This document shows, in pieces, positions 49,671 to 60,539 of a DNA stretch of 64,000 nucleotides (its first letter is position 1; every line of letters starts with the position of its first letter). Location: assembly GCF_044324785.1 (NCBI RefSeq), contig NZ_CP172127.1; one strand, written 5' to 3'. The notes beneath the pieces were generated by a model. It was not told the origin of the DNA. It made no database searches and saw only the letters and a program-made list of their open reading frames with translations. The translations under genes were made by a program, and so were the position numbers. The DNA is from Escherichia coli. Lineage in GTDB: Bacteria; Pseudomonadota; Gammaproteobacteria; Enterobacterales; Enterobacteriaceae.

Positions 49671-51098
49671 TTAGACGATCTCTTCCGCGTACTGCCAAAG
49701 CGCTTTTAACAGCGCCACTTTCTCTTTGTTATCGGCATATTGTTGTGCCAGCATCTGCAATTCATCTGCATAACCCTGTAAAAACTCTGGCGTGAAGACC
49801 TGGCGGCGGTGCTCCAGCCAGCGTTGCTGCTCGGCATAATCCAGCGTCCCCGGGAAGTTGCGCGCCCGATAATTGAACAACAGCTTTTCAATTCGTTTAT
49901 CAACAAAAGTGATATCCAGTGCCGGTAAATTACGCGGCTCGGTTTCCAGCACAATTTTCATTGCTGCACGATCGGCGTCACTGAAAAAGCCATTATAAAG
50001 CTGTGCATCCACATTATCTGAAGGTGTAAACGGTTCGGCTTCCGCGAATATCGCTACCACTTTTTCACGCACTTGCGGATTTTCACGCAGAATTTTTAGG
50101 TTATCGAGGCAATGCTGACGATTAATTCCCAGTCGGTCGGCATCTTCCGGGCGTAGCGTATTCGCCTGGGCCAGTACCGGACATTTATTGATATGCACCA
50201 GCTTAACCGGAACGGCGGCGTTATCGCCAAGATCGGCTTTTGCGGTATATAAACGCTCGCGCAATGTGTCGCTATCCAGTTCCAGTAATGGCGAAATGTC
50301 TCCTGCCAAATCCACCATAATTACGGCATTGCGATTTTCAGGATGCCACGCCAGCGGTGCTACCCAGCTGGTATTGCCGCGCCATGCCCCAAACATTCCG
50401 GAAACGTGAACCAGGGGTTTCATCTGCGGAACATCAATCAACGCCATTAGTTTGTGTTTATTACGATGGGTAAAGAGATAATCAAACAGGCGCGGCTGGC
50501 GCGTTTTTACCAGTTTTGCCATCGCAATAGTGGCGTACACATCAGCCATCGCATCGTGTGCGTTGCTATGTTCAATACCATTCGCTTTGGTTAAATGCTC
50601 AAGGCGAAAGCTCGGTAGACCGTCATCATTTTCAGGCCAGTTTATTCCTTCCGGGCGCAGGGCATAACAGGCACGCATAACATCCAGCAAATCCCAGCGC
50701 GAGTTATCATGCTGCCAGCTCCAGGCGTAAGGATCGTAGAAATTACGATAAAAAACGTTGCGTGTGACTTCGTCGTCGAAACGCACATTGTTGTAGCCCA
50801 GAATACAGGTCTTCGGTACGGTAAAAAGCGAGTGAATACGGGCGGCAAACGCGGCTTCGTTTTCTCCTTTCGCCCGTGCTTCCTGCGGGGTAATACCGGT
50901 AATTAATACTGCTCCAGGCTGGGGTAAATAGTCATCCGCGGGCTTGCAGTAAAAGACTTCGGGTTCGCCGATGACATTGAATTCGCTATCGGTGCGAATG
51001 GCTGCGAACTGTGCAGGGCGATCTAACGCGGGGTGCGTGCCAAAGGTTTCGTAATCGTGAAACAAAAAGGTAGATTGTTGCTTACCGTCATTCATCAT
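49671..51098 (-). CDS. sbcB: Exodeoxyribonuclease I
   Basis: 475 aa from ATG at 51098 (MMNDGKQQSTFLFHDYETFG...); DEDDh exonuclease motif; matches E. coli SbcB. Confidence 0.95.
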   Translation of the reverse strand: MMNDGKQQSTFLFHDYETFGTHPALDRPAQFAAIRTDSEFNVIGEPEVFYCKPADDYLPQPGAVLITGITPQEARAKGENEAAFAARIHSLFTVPKTCILGYNNVRFDDEVTRNVFYRNFYDPYAWSWQHDNSRWDLLDVMRACYALRPEGINWPENDDGLPSFRLEHLTKANGIEHSNAHDAMADVYATIAMAKLVKTRQPRLFDYLFTHRNKHKLMALIDVPQMKPLVHVSGMFGAWRGNTSWVAPLAWHPENRNAVIMVDLAGDISPLLELDSDTLRERLYTAKADLGDNAAVPVKLVHINKCPVLAQANTLRPEDADRLGINRQHCLDNLKILRENPQVREKVVAIFAEAEPFTPSDNVDAQLYNGFFSDADRAAMKIVLETEPRNLPALDITFVDKRIEKLLFNYRARNFPGTLDYAEQQRWLEHRRQVFTPEFLQGYADELQMLAQQYADNKEKVALLKALWQYAEEIV

Positions 51099-51306
51099 TA
51101 GGTTAAATCCGTTATTTCTGCTGTCTGCCAGAGTATCAAATATCACCGTGCTAATCAGCTTTAGCGCGACAATTTGACAGCGAGTGGCAACAAATCATGT
51201 CAGATAAAAATGAGAGGGTAGTCACATTTTCTTGCACTTTATTCCAGCCAGTTCATAAGTATTTCCGTAAAAAGAACAGCTATTTGAAACTCCTGAGGGT
51301 TTGCTG

Positions 51307-52473
51307 TTGAAACGCCGTCTTATTATTGCTGCTTCTTTGTTCGTTTTTAACTTATCGTCTGGTTTTGCGGCGGAAAACATTCCTTTTTCACCTCAGCCAC
51401 CAGAGATTCATGCCGGGTCCTGGGTACTGATGGATTACACCACCGGACAGATCCTCACCGCGGGTAATGAGCATCAACAGCGCAATCCCGCCAGCCTGAC
51501 AAAGCTGATGACGGGCTATGTCGTGGATCGCGCTATCGATAGTCATCGCATTACGCCAGACGATATTGTCACCGTGGGGCGCGATGCGTGGGCGAAAGAT
51601 AATCCGGTGTTTGTCGGTTCTTCACTGATGTTTTTGAAAGAGGGCGATCGCGTATCGGTACGTGATTTAAGCCGTGGTTTAATTGTGGATTCCGGAAATG
51701 ACGCTTGTGTTGCTCTGGCTGACTATATTGCCGGTGGGCAACGGCAGTTTGTTGAAATGATGAACAACTATGCCGAGAAGCTGCATCTCAAGGATACGCA
51801 TTTTGAAACAGTGCATGGTCTGGATGCACCTGACCAGCATAGCTCGGCTTATGATTTAGCCGTGCTTTCTCGCGCTATCATCCACGGCGAGCCCGAGTTT
51901 TATCATATGTACAGTGAGAAAAGCCTCACCTGGAACGGTATCACCCAGCAAAACCGTAACGGGTTATTGTGGGATAAGACCATGAATGTTGACGGCCTGA
52001 AAACGGGTCATACTTCTGGTGCCGGGTTTAATCTTATTGCTTCGGCTGTAGACGGGCAGCGTCGCCTCATTGCAGTGGTAATGGGTGCTGACAGCGCAAA
52101 AGGTCGTGAGGAAGAGGCAAGAAAATTACTGCGTTGGGGGCAACAAAACTTTACTACGGTGCAAATTTTGCACCGTGGGAAAAAGGTCGGTACGGAACGC
52201 ATCTGGTATGGTGATAAAGAAAATATCGCCCTGGGAACGGAACAAGAGTTCTGGATGGTGCTACCGAAAGCCGAAATTCCACATATCAAAGCCAAATATA
52301 CCCTTGATGGTAAAGAACTCACCGCGCCAATTAGCGCCCATCAACGGGTAGGGGAAATTGAACTTTACGACCGTGATAAACAGGTGGCGCACTGGCCGCT
52401 GGTTACCCTGGAATCTGTCGGGGAAGGCAGCATGTTTTCCCGGCTGAGTGATTATTTCCACCATAAGGCCTGA
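51307..52473 (+). CDS. dacD: D-alanyl-D-alanine carboxypeptidase (PBP6b)
   Basis: 388 aa from TTG at 51307; signal peptide; SxxK (ASLTK), SGN and KTG motifs; matches E. coli DacD. Confidence 0.9.
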   Translation: MKRRLIIAASLFVFNLSSGFAAENIPFSPQPPEIHAGSWVLMDYTTGQILTAGNEHQQRNPASLTKLMTGYVVDRAIDSHRITPDDIVTVGRDAWAKDNPVFVGSSLMFLKEGDRVSVRDLSRGLIVDSGNDACVALADYIAGGQRQFVEMMNNYAEKLHLKDTHFETVHGLDAPDQHSSAYDLAVLSRAIIHGEPEFYHMYSEKSLTWNGITQQNRNGLLWDKTMNVDGLKTGHTSGAGFNLIASAVDGQRRLIAVVMGADSAKGREEEARKLLRWGQQNFTTVQILHRGKKVGTERIWYGDKENIALGTEQEFWMVLPKAEIPHIKAKYTLDGKELTAPISAHQRVGEIELYDRDKQVAHWPLVTLESVGEGSMFSRLSDYFHHKA

Positions 52474-52559
52474 CCTTTCTTTTGCAGCAGACTGGCAGGA
52501 GTGCGAGTCTGCTCGCATAATCAACACTCATTCCTTGTGGTTTTAATATTGCAACTATA

Positions 52560-52575
52560 CTGTATATAAAAACAG
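52560..52575 (+). promoter_or_regulatory. LexA operator (SOS box) in the sbmC promoter
   Basis: CTGTATATAAAAACAG fits CTGT-N8-ACAG, 17 bp upstream of the sbmC ATG. Confidence 0.75.
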
Positions 52576-52591
52576 TATTAATGGAGGCGTC

Positions 52592-53065
52592 ATGAACTAC
52601 GAGATTAAGCAGGAAGATAAACGTACCGTTGCAGGTTTCCATCTTGTTGGCCCGTGGGAGCAGACGGTAAAGAAAGGTTTTAAGCAGTTGATGATGTGGG
52701 TAGATAGCAAAAATATCGTGCCGAAGGAGTGGGTTGCTGTCTATTACGACAATCCAGATGAAACACCCGCCGAAAAATTACGCTGCGACACCGTCGTGAC
52801 GGTACCGAATAACTTTACGCTCCCCGAAAACAGTGAGGGCGTCATTCTGACAGAAATTTCAGGTGGTCAGTATGCGGTGGCGGTGGCTCGTGTAGTCGGT
52901 GATGATTTTGCTAAACCCTGGTATCAGTTCTTTAATAGCCTCTTGCAGGACAGTGCTTATGAAATGTTACCAAAGCCCTGCTTCGAGGTTTACTTGAACA
53001 ATGGCGCGGAAGATGGGTACTGGGATATCGAAATGTATGTTGCGGTGCAGCCAAAACATCACTAA
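52592..53065 (+). CDS. sbmC: DNA gyrase inhibitor SbmC (GyrI)
   Basis: 157 aa, matches E. coli SbmC. Confidence 0.9.
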   Translation: MNYEIKQEDKRTVAGFHLVGPWEQTVKKGFKQLMMWVDSKNIVPKEWVAVYYDNPDETPAEKLRCDTVVTVPNNFTLPENSEGVILTEISGGQYAVAVARVVGDDFAKPWYQFFNSLLQDSAYEMLPKPCFEVYLNNGAEDGYWDIEMYVAVQPKHH

Positions 53066-53262
53066 TTCATCTCAGGGCGGTGTGTTAACGCGAAGACCAC
53101 TCTTTTTTTGAAAGTGAAAAGAGTAAGATGCGCCTTTCAAATTTTTCGCTCCTGCCGGGAAATTACACCGTTCCCGGTATGTCCGTCGGATAACTCAGAG
53201 GCGCGCCTTCTGGCCGACAGATGTGTTATGAGCGCTTTTAATCTTCATTACGGAGTTTCTGC

Positions 53263-54321
53263 GTGCGTGCCGATAAGTCATTAAGCCCGTTTGAAATCCG
53301 GGTATACCGCCATTACCGCATTGTGCATGGTACTCGGGTCGCGCTGGCATTCCTGCTCACTTTTCTCATTATCCGCCTGTTTACTATCCCGGAAAGTACC
53401 TGGCCGCTGGTCACCATGGTGGTGATTATGGGGCCAATCTCGTTCTGGGGTAACGTTGTCCCTCGTGCCTTCGAACGTATTGGCGGTACGGTGTTGGGTT
53501 CGATATTAGGTCTTATCGCTCTGCAACTGGAGTTAATCTCGTTACCGCTGATGTTAGTCTGGTGCGCGGCGGCCATGTTCCTTTGCGGTTGGCTGGCGCT
53601 GGGCAAGAAACCGTATCAAGGTTTATTGATTGGGGTGACGCTGGCAATTGTTGTGGGTTCCCCGACAGGTGAAATTGATACGGCGTTATGGCGAAGCGGC
53701 GATGTGATCCTCGGTTCTTTACTGGCAATGTTGTTTACCGGTATCTGGCCACAACGGGCGTTCATCCACTGGCGCATTCAACTGGCAAAAAGTCTGACCG
53801 AGTATAATCGGGTCTATCAATCTGCATTCTCACCGAACTTACTCGAACGCCCGCGTCTGGAAAGCCATCTACAAAAACTCCTGACCGATGCCGTGAAAAT
53901 GCGTGGGCTGATTGCGCCCGCCAGCAAAGAAACCCGTATTCCAAAATCGATATATGAAGGTATCCAGACCATTAATCGCAATCTGGTTTGTATGCTGGAG
54001 TTGCAAATCAATGCATACTGGGCCACGCGCCCCAGCCATTTCGTGTTATTGAATGCGCAAAAACTTCGTGATACCCAGCATATGATGCAGCAAATACTGC
54101 TGAGCCTTGTTCATGCGCTGTACGAAGGTAATCCGCAGCCGGTTTTTGCCAATACGGAAAAATTGAACGATGCTGTGGAAGAGCTGCGTCAGTTGCTGAA
54201 TAACCACCATGACCTGAAGGTTGTGGAAACACCAATCTATGGTTATGTGTGGCTGAACATGGAAACGGCACATCAGCTTGAGTTGCTATCGAATCTGATT
54301 TGCCGGGCCTTGCGCAAATAA
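53263..54321 (+). CDS. yeeA: Inner-membrane protein YeeA (FUSC-like family)
   Basis: 352 aa (GTG start), matches K-12 YeeA. Confidence 0.85.
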   Translation: MRADKSLSPFEIRVYRHYRIVHGTRVALAFLLTFLIIRLFTIPESTWPLVTMVVIMGPISFWGNVVPRAFERIGGTVLGSILGLIALQLELISLPLMLVWCAAAMFLCGWLALGKKPYQGLLIGVTLAIVVGSPTGEIDTALWRSGDVILGSLLAMLFTGIWPQRAFIHWRIQLAKSLTEYNRVYQSAFSPNLLERPRLESHLQKLLTDAVKMRGLIAPASKETRIPKSIYEGIQTINRNLVCMLELQINAYWATRPSHFVLLNAQKLRDTQHMMQQILLSLVHALYEGNPQPVFANTEKLNDAVEELRQLLNNHHDLKVVETPIYGYVWLNMETAHQLELLSNLICRALRK

Positions 54322-54492
54322 TTCCTGAACTTCAGAATCATCTTGCTGCTGCTTCGATTCAGCAAGGATAAAGGGTATGATAGTGAAAAGGGATAAAAGC
54401 ATTGTCATCTGCGGCAGCTATGAGTAATGTTGGCCCTAACGAATAGCGGTTGCTTAAACGAATCCGACTCTCACATTATCAGGGGTATAAAA

Positions 54493-54822
54493 ATGGAAAC
54501 TACCAAGCCTTCATTCCAGGACGTACTGGAATTTGTTCGTCTGTTCCGTCGTAAGAACAAACTGCAACGTGAAATTCAGGACGTTGAGAAAAAGATCCGT
54601 GACAACCAGAAGCGCGTCCTGCTGCTGGACAACCTGAGCGATTACATCAAGCCGGGGATGAGCGTTGAAGCAATCCAGGGCATCATCGCCAGCATGAAAG
54701 GTGACTATGAAGATCGCGTTGACGATTACATCATCAAAAATGCCGAGCTCTCCAAAGAACGCCGCGATATCTCCAAAAAGCTGAAAGCTATGGGCGAAAT
54801 GAAAAACGGCGAAGCGAAGTAA
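54493..54822 (+). CDS. yeeX: UPF0265 family protein YeeX
   Basis: 109 aa from ATG at 54493 ([14 protein letters not shown]...); matches K-12 YeeX. Confidence 0.85.
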   Translation: METTKPSFQDVLEFVRLFRRKNKLQREIQDVEKKIRDNQKRVLLLDNLSDYIKPGMSVEAIQGIIASMKGDYEDRVDDYIIKNAELSKERRDISKKLKAMGEMKNGEAK

Positions 54823-54922
54823 TTCCTGTTTTATTCAATGAGGGTTGCCTGGCAACCCTCATTGCTCATTGATTCTTTTCTGTGCATCACCGTCATCATT
54901 CTCATCTGAGAACCTGTCGAAA

Positions 54923-55195
54923 TTAGCGACAGCCTTCTTCTGTATGCAGCAAGGCTAAAAGTTCTGCAACTCCATTGTTATTAACCGCACTGGTTACTAA
55001 CACGTTGTGCGCTCCAGCTTCCCGTAACCAACATTTCACCAAAGATATTTGTTCCATGTTGGCTAAATCTGCTTTGGTTACTACTCCAATGACCGGGCGA
55101 TTCATTGACGAGGTAAAGCCTGGCGAAAAAGGGGACCACGGTGCGTCCGCATTAAGCACCAGGGCGATAATGTCCGCTTCGCAGGCGCTGACCAA
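54923..55195 (-). pseudogene. Remnant of a EutP/PduV-family GTPase gene (likely the yoeF-type pseudogene)
   Basis: 90-aa ORF resembling the C-terminal half of EutP/PduV (...[10 protein letters not shown]...); no N-terminal P-loop portion in frame; sits where E. coli retains only remnants of the pdu/cbi region. Confidence 0.5.
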
Positions 55196-55689
55196 CAGAG
55201 CACTGTAGAGGCTGCGGTTTTATCTGTGAGGACTGGCAGCAAGATTTCCAGCCTCTTGATGGTGGGCCTGTGCAATCGTTATCAGATGCGTATAGCGATT
55301 ATACAGTGCTGCTATTGATAGCAGCTGAAAGCGAGATATCCGTACCAGAATGGCTCGCTCATTCTGAAGGAACGACGGTAATTGTGATTGCAGAACACAA
55401 TGCCCGTTTGCTGACTGGTCCGGCTGGTGGGGCTGTAGCATTGATCCATTATCTGAATGAAATCTGTCATTCCAGAGAAACCGCTGTCAATGACGCATTT
55501 TGTCGTACGTTAACACGAGGAAGTCTGGCTATCCCGCAATGCCATCTTCTTTCGTAATGGATTGAGAATGCTGGATTTTTAATTATATTACGCGCAGTAT
55601 TAATCGCGTAAATGTTTTGCGGTCAGCAACGGTGGGGATCCATTGTTCTGTTCAATGAATACCATCATACAATTGAATCAGGAGTCGGT

Positions 55690-56235
55690 ATGATGATTTT
55701 GGTGACGGGGGGCGCACGGAGCGGGAAGAGTCGCCATGCAGAGGCGCTTATTGGGGACTCTTCACAGGTTCTGTATATCGCCACCTCTCAAATCCTTGAT
55801 GATGAGATGGCTGCACGGATAGAACATCATCGGCAAGGCCGCCCGGCGCACTGGCACACAGTGGAGCGCTGGCAACATCTTGATGAATTAATTCATGCAG
55901 ACATTAACCCGCATGAGGCTGTGTTGCTGGAATGCGTTACCACAATGGTGACTAATCTGTTGTTTGATTATGGCGGCGATAAAGACCCTGATGAATGGGA
56001 TTATCAGGCGATGGAACAGGCGATTAATGCTGAGATTCAGTCGTTGATTGCTGCCTGCCAACGTTGCCCCGCAAAGGTTGTATTAGTGACTAACGAAGTG
56101 GGAATGGGGATTGTGCCGGAGAGTCGTCTGGCACGACATTTTCGTGATATTGCCGGGCGGGTAAATCAGCAGCTGGCCGCTGCGGCAAATGAAGTGTGGC
56201 TGGTGGTTTCGGGTATTGGAGTAAAAATCAAATGA
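55690..56235 (+). CDS. cobU: Adenosylcobinamide kinase / adenosylcobinamide-phosphate guanylyltransferase
   Basis: 181 aa from ATG at 55690 ([15 protein letters not shown]-loop); matches E. coli CobU. Confidence 0.9.
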   Translation: MMILVTGGARSGKSRHAEALIGDSSQVLYIATSQILDDEMAARIEHHRQGRPAHWHTVERWQHLDELIHADINPHEAVLLECVTTMVTNLLFDYGGDKDPDEWDYQAMEQAINAEIQSLIAACQRCPAKVVLVTNEVGMGIVPESRLARHFRDIAGRVNQQLAAAANEVWLVVSGIGVKIK

Positions 56236-56975
56236 GTAAATTATTTTGGGCGATGCTCTCTTTTATTACGCGTCTGCCTGTGCCGCGTCGCTGGTCCCAG
56301 GGACTGGATTTCGAGCATTATTCTCGCGGTATTATTACTTTTCCTTTAATTGGTTTATTGCTTGGCGCGATTAGCGGGCTGGTCTTCATGGCGTTGCAGG
56401 CATGGTTTGGCGTACCACTGGCGGCACTGTTTAGCGTGCTGGTGCTGGCGCTTATGACCGGAGGATTCCACCTGGACGGCCTCGCCGATACCTGTGATGG
56501 CGTATTTTCTGCACGTAGCCGCGATCGCATGTTGGAAATCATGCGTGATAGCCGTTTAGGTACCCACGGCGGTCTGGCATTGATTTTTGTTGTACTGGCA
56601 AAGATTTTGGTGTTAAGCGAGTTGGCTCTGCGTGGCGAACCGATCCTTGCATCGCTGGCGGCAGCATGTGCGGTCAGCCGCGGGACTGCCGCATTATTGA
56701 TGTATCGTCATCGTTATGCCCGGGAAGAAGGGCTTGGCAATGTGTTCATTGGCAAAATTGATGGGCGACAAACCTGCGTCACACTCGGCTTAGCCGCTAT
56801 TTTTGCTGCCGTATTATTGCCGGGTATGCATGGTGTGGCTGCTATGGTGGTGACGATGATGGCGATTTTCATCCTCGGTCAGCTTCTCAAACGTACGCTG
56901 GGCGGGCAAACCGGCGATACGCTGGGAGCAGCCATAGAGCTTGGTGAACTGGTCTTCCTGCTGGCACTGCTATAA
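56232..56975 (+). CDS. cobS: Adenosylcobinamide-GDP ribazoletransferase (cobalamin synthase)
   Basis: 247 aa membrane protein from ATG at 56232 ([11 protein letters not shown]...); matches E. coli CobS; 4-nt overlap with cobU. Confidence 0.9.
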   Translation: MSKLFWAMLSFITRLPVPRRWSQGLDFEHYSRGIITFPLIGLLLGAISGLVFMALQAWFGVPLAALFSVLVLALMTGGFHLDGLADTCDGVFSARSRDRMLEIMRDSRLGTHGGLALIFVVLAKILVLSELALRGEPILASLAAACAVSRGTAALLMYRHRYAREEGLGNVFIGKIDGRQTCVTLGLAAIFAAVLLPGMHGVAAMVVTMMAIFILGQLLKRTLGGQTGDTLGAAIELGELVFLLALL

Positions 56976-56986
56976 AGAGACGTGAC

Positions 56987-58057
56987 ATGCAAATACTTGC
57001 CGATTTACTGAATACGATCCCAGCCATCGATCCTACCGCTATGTCGCGTGCACAACGGCATATTGACGGGTTACTCAAACCTGTTGGTAGCCTGGGAAAG
57101 CTGGAGGCGCTTGCCATACAACTGGCAGGAATGCCGGGGTTGAATGGAATACCGCATGTGGGCAAAAAAGCGGTACTGGTTATGTGTGCCGATCACGGCG
57201 TCTGGGAGGAAGGGGTTGCTATTTCTCCAAAAGAAGTCACAGCCATACAGGCTGAAAATATGACACGCGGAACAACCGGCGTGTGTGTGCTGGCAGCACA
57301 AGCGGGCGCTAACGTCCACGTAATTGATGTTGGTATTGATACTGCTGAGCCTATCCCCGGGCTTATCAACATGCGTGTCGCACGAGGTAGCGGCAATATT
57401 GCTTCAGCTCCGGCAATGAGTCGCCGTCAGGCTGAAAAGTTGCTTTTGGACGTCATATATTATACGCGGGAGCTGGCAAAAAACGGTGTCACGCTGTTTG
57501 GTGTAGGTGAACTGGGGATGGCAAACACGACACCGGCAGCGGCAATAGTCAGCACAATCACTGGCCGGGATCCTGAAGAAGTGGTTGGGATTGGCGCAAA
57601 CCTGCCGACAGATAAACTGGCTAATAAAATTTATGTTGTGCGTCGGGCGATTACGTTGAATCAACCAAATCCTCAGGATGGTGTTGATGTCCTGGCAAAA
57701 GTGGGTGGATTTGATTTGGTCGGAATAGCTGGAGTGATGTTAGGTGCTGCTTCCTGCGGTTTACCCGTGTTGCTGGATGGATTTCTTTCTTATGCTGCTG
57801 CGCTCGCAGCCTGCCAGATGTCTCCTGCAATCAAACCGTATCTCATTCCTTCTCACTTGTCGGCAGAAAAAGGGGCGCGTATAGCGCTGTCGCATTTGGG
57901 GCTGGAGCCTTTTCTCAATATGGATATGCGTTTAGGTGAGGGAAGTGGCGCAGCTCTGGCGATGCCCATCATCGAAGCTGCCTGTGCGATATACAACAGC
58001 ATGGGCGAACTTGCTGCCAGTAATATTGTTCTACCGGGGAATACGACTTCTGATTAG
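56987..58057 (+). CDS. cobT: Nicotinate-nucleotide--dimethylbenzimidazole phosphoribosyltransferase
   Basis: 356 aa, matches E. coli CobT. Confidence 0.9.
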   Translation: MQILADLLNTIPAIDPTAMSRAQRHIDGLLKPVGSLGKLEALAIQLAGMPGLNGIPHVGKKAVLVMCADHGVWEEGVAISPKEVTAIQAENMTRGTTGVCVLAAQAGANVHVIDVGIDTAEPIPGLINMRVARGSGNIASAPAMSRRQAEKLLLDVIYYTRELAKNGVTLFGVGELGMANTTPAAAIVSTITGRDPEEVVGIGANLPTDKLANKIYVVRRAITLNQPNPQDGVDVLAKVGGFDLVGIAGVMLGAASCGLPVLLDGFLSYAAALAACQMSPAIKPYLIPSHLSAEKGARIALSHLGLEPFLNMDMRLGEGSGAALAMPIIEAACAIYNSMGELAASNIVLPGNTTSD

Positions 58058-58130
58058 AACAGTTAAAAACGAAAAGTCTGATAAAAGCTATACTTAACGG
58101 ATAGCTTTCGCGACATAGGAAAGGGACATG

Positions 58131-59063
58131 ATGCGTCGTGTAAATATTCTTTGCTCATTTGCTCTGCTTTTTGCCAGCCATACTAGCCTGGCGGTAACTT
58201 ATCCATTACCTCCAGAGGGTAGCCGTTTAGTGGGGCAGTCGCTTACTGTAACTGTTCCTGATCACAATACCCAGCCGCTGGAGACTTTTGCCGCACAATA
58301 CGGGCAAGGGTTAAGTAACATGCTGGAAGCGAATCCGGGCGCTGATGTCTTCTTACCGAAGTCAGGTTCGCAACTCACCATTCCGCAGCAACTGATTTTG
58401 CCCGCCACTGTTCGTAAAGGGATTGTGGTTAACGTCGCTGAGATGCGTCTTTATTACTACCCACCAGACAGTAATACTGTGGAAGTCTTTCCTATTGGTA
58501 TCGGCCAGGCTGGGCGAGAAACCCCGCGTAACTGGGTGACTACCGTTGAACGTAAACAAGAAGCACCAACCTGGACGCCAACGCCGAACACCCGGCGCGA
58601 ATATGCGAAACGAGGGGAGAGTTTGCCCGCATTTGTTCCTGCGGGGCCCGATAATCCCATGGGGCTGTACGCGATTTATATTGGCAGGTTGTATGCCATC
58701 CACGGTACCAATGCCAATTTTGGTATTGGGCTCCGGGTAAGTCAGGGCTGTATTCGTCTGCGCAATGACGATATCAAATATCTGTTTGATAATGTTCCTG
58801 TAGGTACTCGTGTACAAATTATTGATCAGCCAGTGAAATACACAACGGAACCGGATGGTTCAAAGTGGCTGGAAGTTCATGAGCCGCTGTCGCGCAATCG
58901 TGCTGAATATGAGTCTGACCGAAAAGTGCCATTGCCGGTAACCCCATCTTTGCGGGCGTTTATCAACGGGCAAGAAGTTGATGTGAATCGCGCAAATGCT
59001 GCGTTGCAACGTCGATCGGGAATGCCTGTGCAAATTAGTTCTGGTTCAAGACAGATGTTTTAA
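58131..59063 (+). CDS. ldtA: L,D-transpeptidase LdtA (ErfK)
   Basis: 310 aa; signal peptide; YkuD-domain catalytic motif ...[20 protein letters not shown]...; matches E. coli ErfK. Confidence 0.9.
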   Translation: MRRVNILCSFALLFASHTSLAVTYPLPPEGSRLVGQSLTVTVPDHNTQPLETFAAQYGQGLSNMLEANPGADVFLPKSGSQLTIPQQLILPATVRKGIVVNVAEMRLYYYPPDSNTVEVFPIGIGQAGRETPRNWVTTVERKQEAPTWTPTPNTRREYAKRGESLPAFVPAGPDNPMGLYAIYIGRLYAIHGTNANFGIGLRVSQGCIRLRNDDIKYLFDNVPVGTRVQIIDQPVKYTTEPDGSKWLEVHEPLSRNRAEYESDRKVPLPVTPSLRAFINGQEVDVNRANAALQRRSGMPVQISSGSRQMF

Positions 59064-59085
59064 GAACGTTGGTAATTAGAAAGCA

Positions 59086-59113
59086 AAAAGCCTGCTTGAA
59101 AGCAGGCTTTTTT
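59086..59113. terminator. Bidirectional terminator between ldtA and the convergent tRNA-Asn
   Basis: Stem agcctgctt/aagcaggct flanked by A5 and T6. Confidence 0.6.
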
Positions 59114-59118
59114 GAATT

Positions 59119-59194
59119 TGGCTCCTCTGACTGGACTCGAACCAGTGACATACGGATTAACAGTCCGCCGTTCTACCGACTGAACTACAGAGGA
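59119..59194 (-). tRNA. asnV: tRNA-Asn (GUU anticodon), asnV-equivalent by synteny
   Basis: 76 nt, reverse complement equals TCCTCTGTAGTTCAGTCGGTAGAACGGCGGACTGTTAATCCGTATGTCACTGGTTCGAGTCCAGTCAGAGGAGCCA; cloverleaf with GTT anticodon and encoded CCA. Confidence 0.95.
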
Positions 59195-59449
59195 ATCGTG
59201 TGAACGGGGCGCATATTAATGGCAGTGCATGGTGATGTCAAAGGGTGAAATGCATTTTTTTGTTTGTTTGCTGTCAATTTCAACAAAGTGGTGAGCTTTC
59301 AATCTTATTGGGTAATGAACCATCGTGGTGCATACCCTCCTTTTATAGGGCAGGGGAACGCGACAGCTGATTAAAGGAGCCAATGACGAATCTATCATAA
59401 TCTCTTATTTGACAGTTGGTTAGCTTGTACATCAACGCCAAAATAAAAC

Positions 59450-59465
59450 TGGCAAGCATCTTGCA
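59450..59465 (+). promoter_or_regulatory. Sigma-54 (RpoN) -24/-12 promoter of nac
   Basis: TGGCAAGCATCTTGCA = GG-N10-GC with TGGCA/TTGCA elements, ~55 bp upstream of the nac ATG; nac is known to be NtrC/sigma-54 dependent. Confidence 0.75.
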
Positions 59466-59520
59466 ATCTGGTTGTAAGTAATGGCGGCACTTGGGCCGAT
59501 TCTTAAAAACCGGAGGCAAC

Positions 59521-60438
59521 ATGAACTTCAGACGCCTGAAATACTTCGTAAAAATTGTAGATATTGGTAGCCTGACCCAGGCTGCTGAAGTATTGCATAT
59601 CGCACAACCAGCGCTCAGTCAGCAGGTTGCCACACTGGAAGGTGAGTTAAATCAACAACTTTTGATTCGCACAAAACGGGGCGTTACGCCAACTGACGCC
59701 GGAAAAATTCTCTATACCCATGCGCGGGCCATTTTACGTCAGTGTGAGCAGGCCCAACTGGCGGTGCATAACGTTGGTCAGGCATTATCGGGGCAAGTCT
59801 CGATTGGCTTTGCGCCAGGAACCGCTGCGTCATCCATCACCATGCCCTTATTACAGGCGGTTCGCGCTGAATTTCCGGAGGTTGTTATCTATCTTCATGA
59901 AAATAGCGGTGCAGTGCTTAACGAAAAACTGATAAATCACCAACTCGATATGGCGGTGATTTATGAGCATTCCCCTGTGGCTGGTGTATCCAGTCAAGCT
60001 TTACTGAAAGAAGATCTTTTTCTGGTAGGAACTCAAGATTGCCCGGGGCAAAGCGTTGATGTTAATGCTATTGCGCAAATGAACCTCTTTCTCCCAAGTG
60101 ATTACAGTGCTATTAGACTTCGTGTTGATGAGGCTTTTTCCCTACGGCGACTCACGGCAAAAGTCATTGGTGAAATTGAGTCTATTGCCACGCTTACCGC
60201 AGCGATTGCCAGCGGCATGGGCGTTGCAGTATTACCCGAATCGGCCGCGCGTTCGTTATGTGGCGCAGTAAATGGTTGGATGTCACGCATTACCACTCCT
60301 TCCATGAGTCTCTCTTTGTCATTAAATTTACCCGCCAGAGCGAACTTATCGCCACAGGCACAGGCAGTGAAAGAGTTGTTAATGTCAGTGATGAGTTCTC
60401 CAGTGATGGAAAAAAGGCAGTGGCAATTGGTGAGCTAA
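59521..60438 (+). CDS. nac: Nitrogen assimilation control protein Nac (LysR family)
   Basis: 305 aa from ATG at 59521 (MNFRRLKYFVKIVDIGSLTQAAEVLHIAQPALSQQV... HTH); matches E. coli Nac. Confidence 0.9.
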   Translation: MNFRRLKYFVKIVDIGSLTQAAEVLHIAQPALSQQVATLEGELNQQLLIRTKRGVTPTDAGKILYTHARAILRQCEQAQLAVHNVGQALSGQVSIGFAPGTAASSITMPLLQAVRAEFPEVVIYLHENSGAVLNEKLINHQLDMAVIYEHSPVAGVSSQALLKEDLFLVGTQDCPGQSVDVNAIAQMNLFLPSDYSAIRLRVDEAFSLRRLTAKVIGEIESIATLTAAIASGMGVAVLPESAARSLCGAVNGWMSRITTPSMSLSLSLNLPARANLSPQAQAVKELLMSVMSSPVMEKRQWQLVS

Positions 60439-60539
60439 GCATTATATCGGGATGGAATAAGATGCGGGTTTTTATTATTTGTTATGCCGGGCATTAGACT
60501 TTAACAATAACGGGAAATCTGAACTGCCCGGAGTTTACC

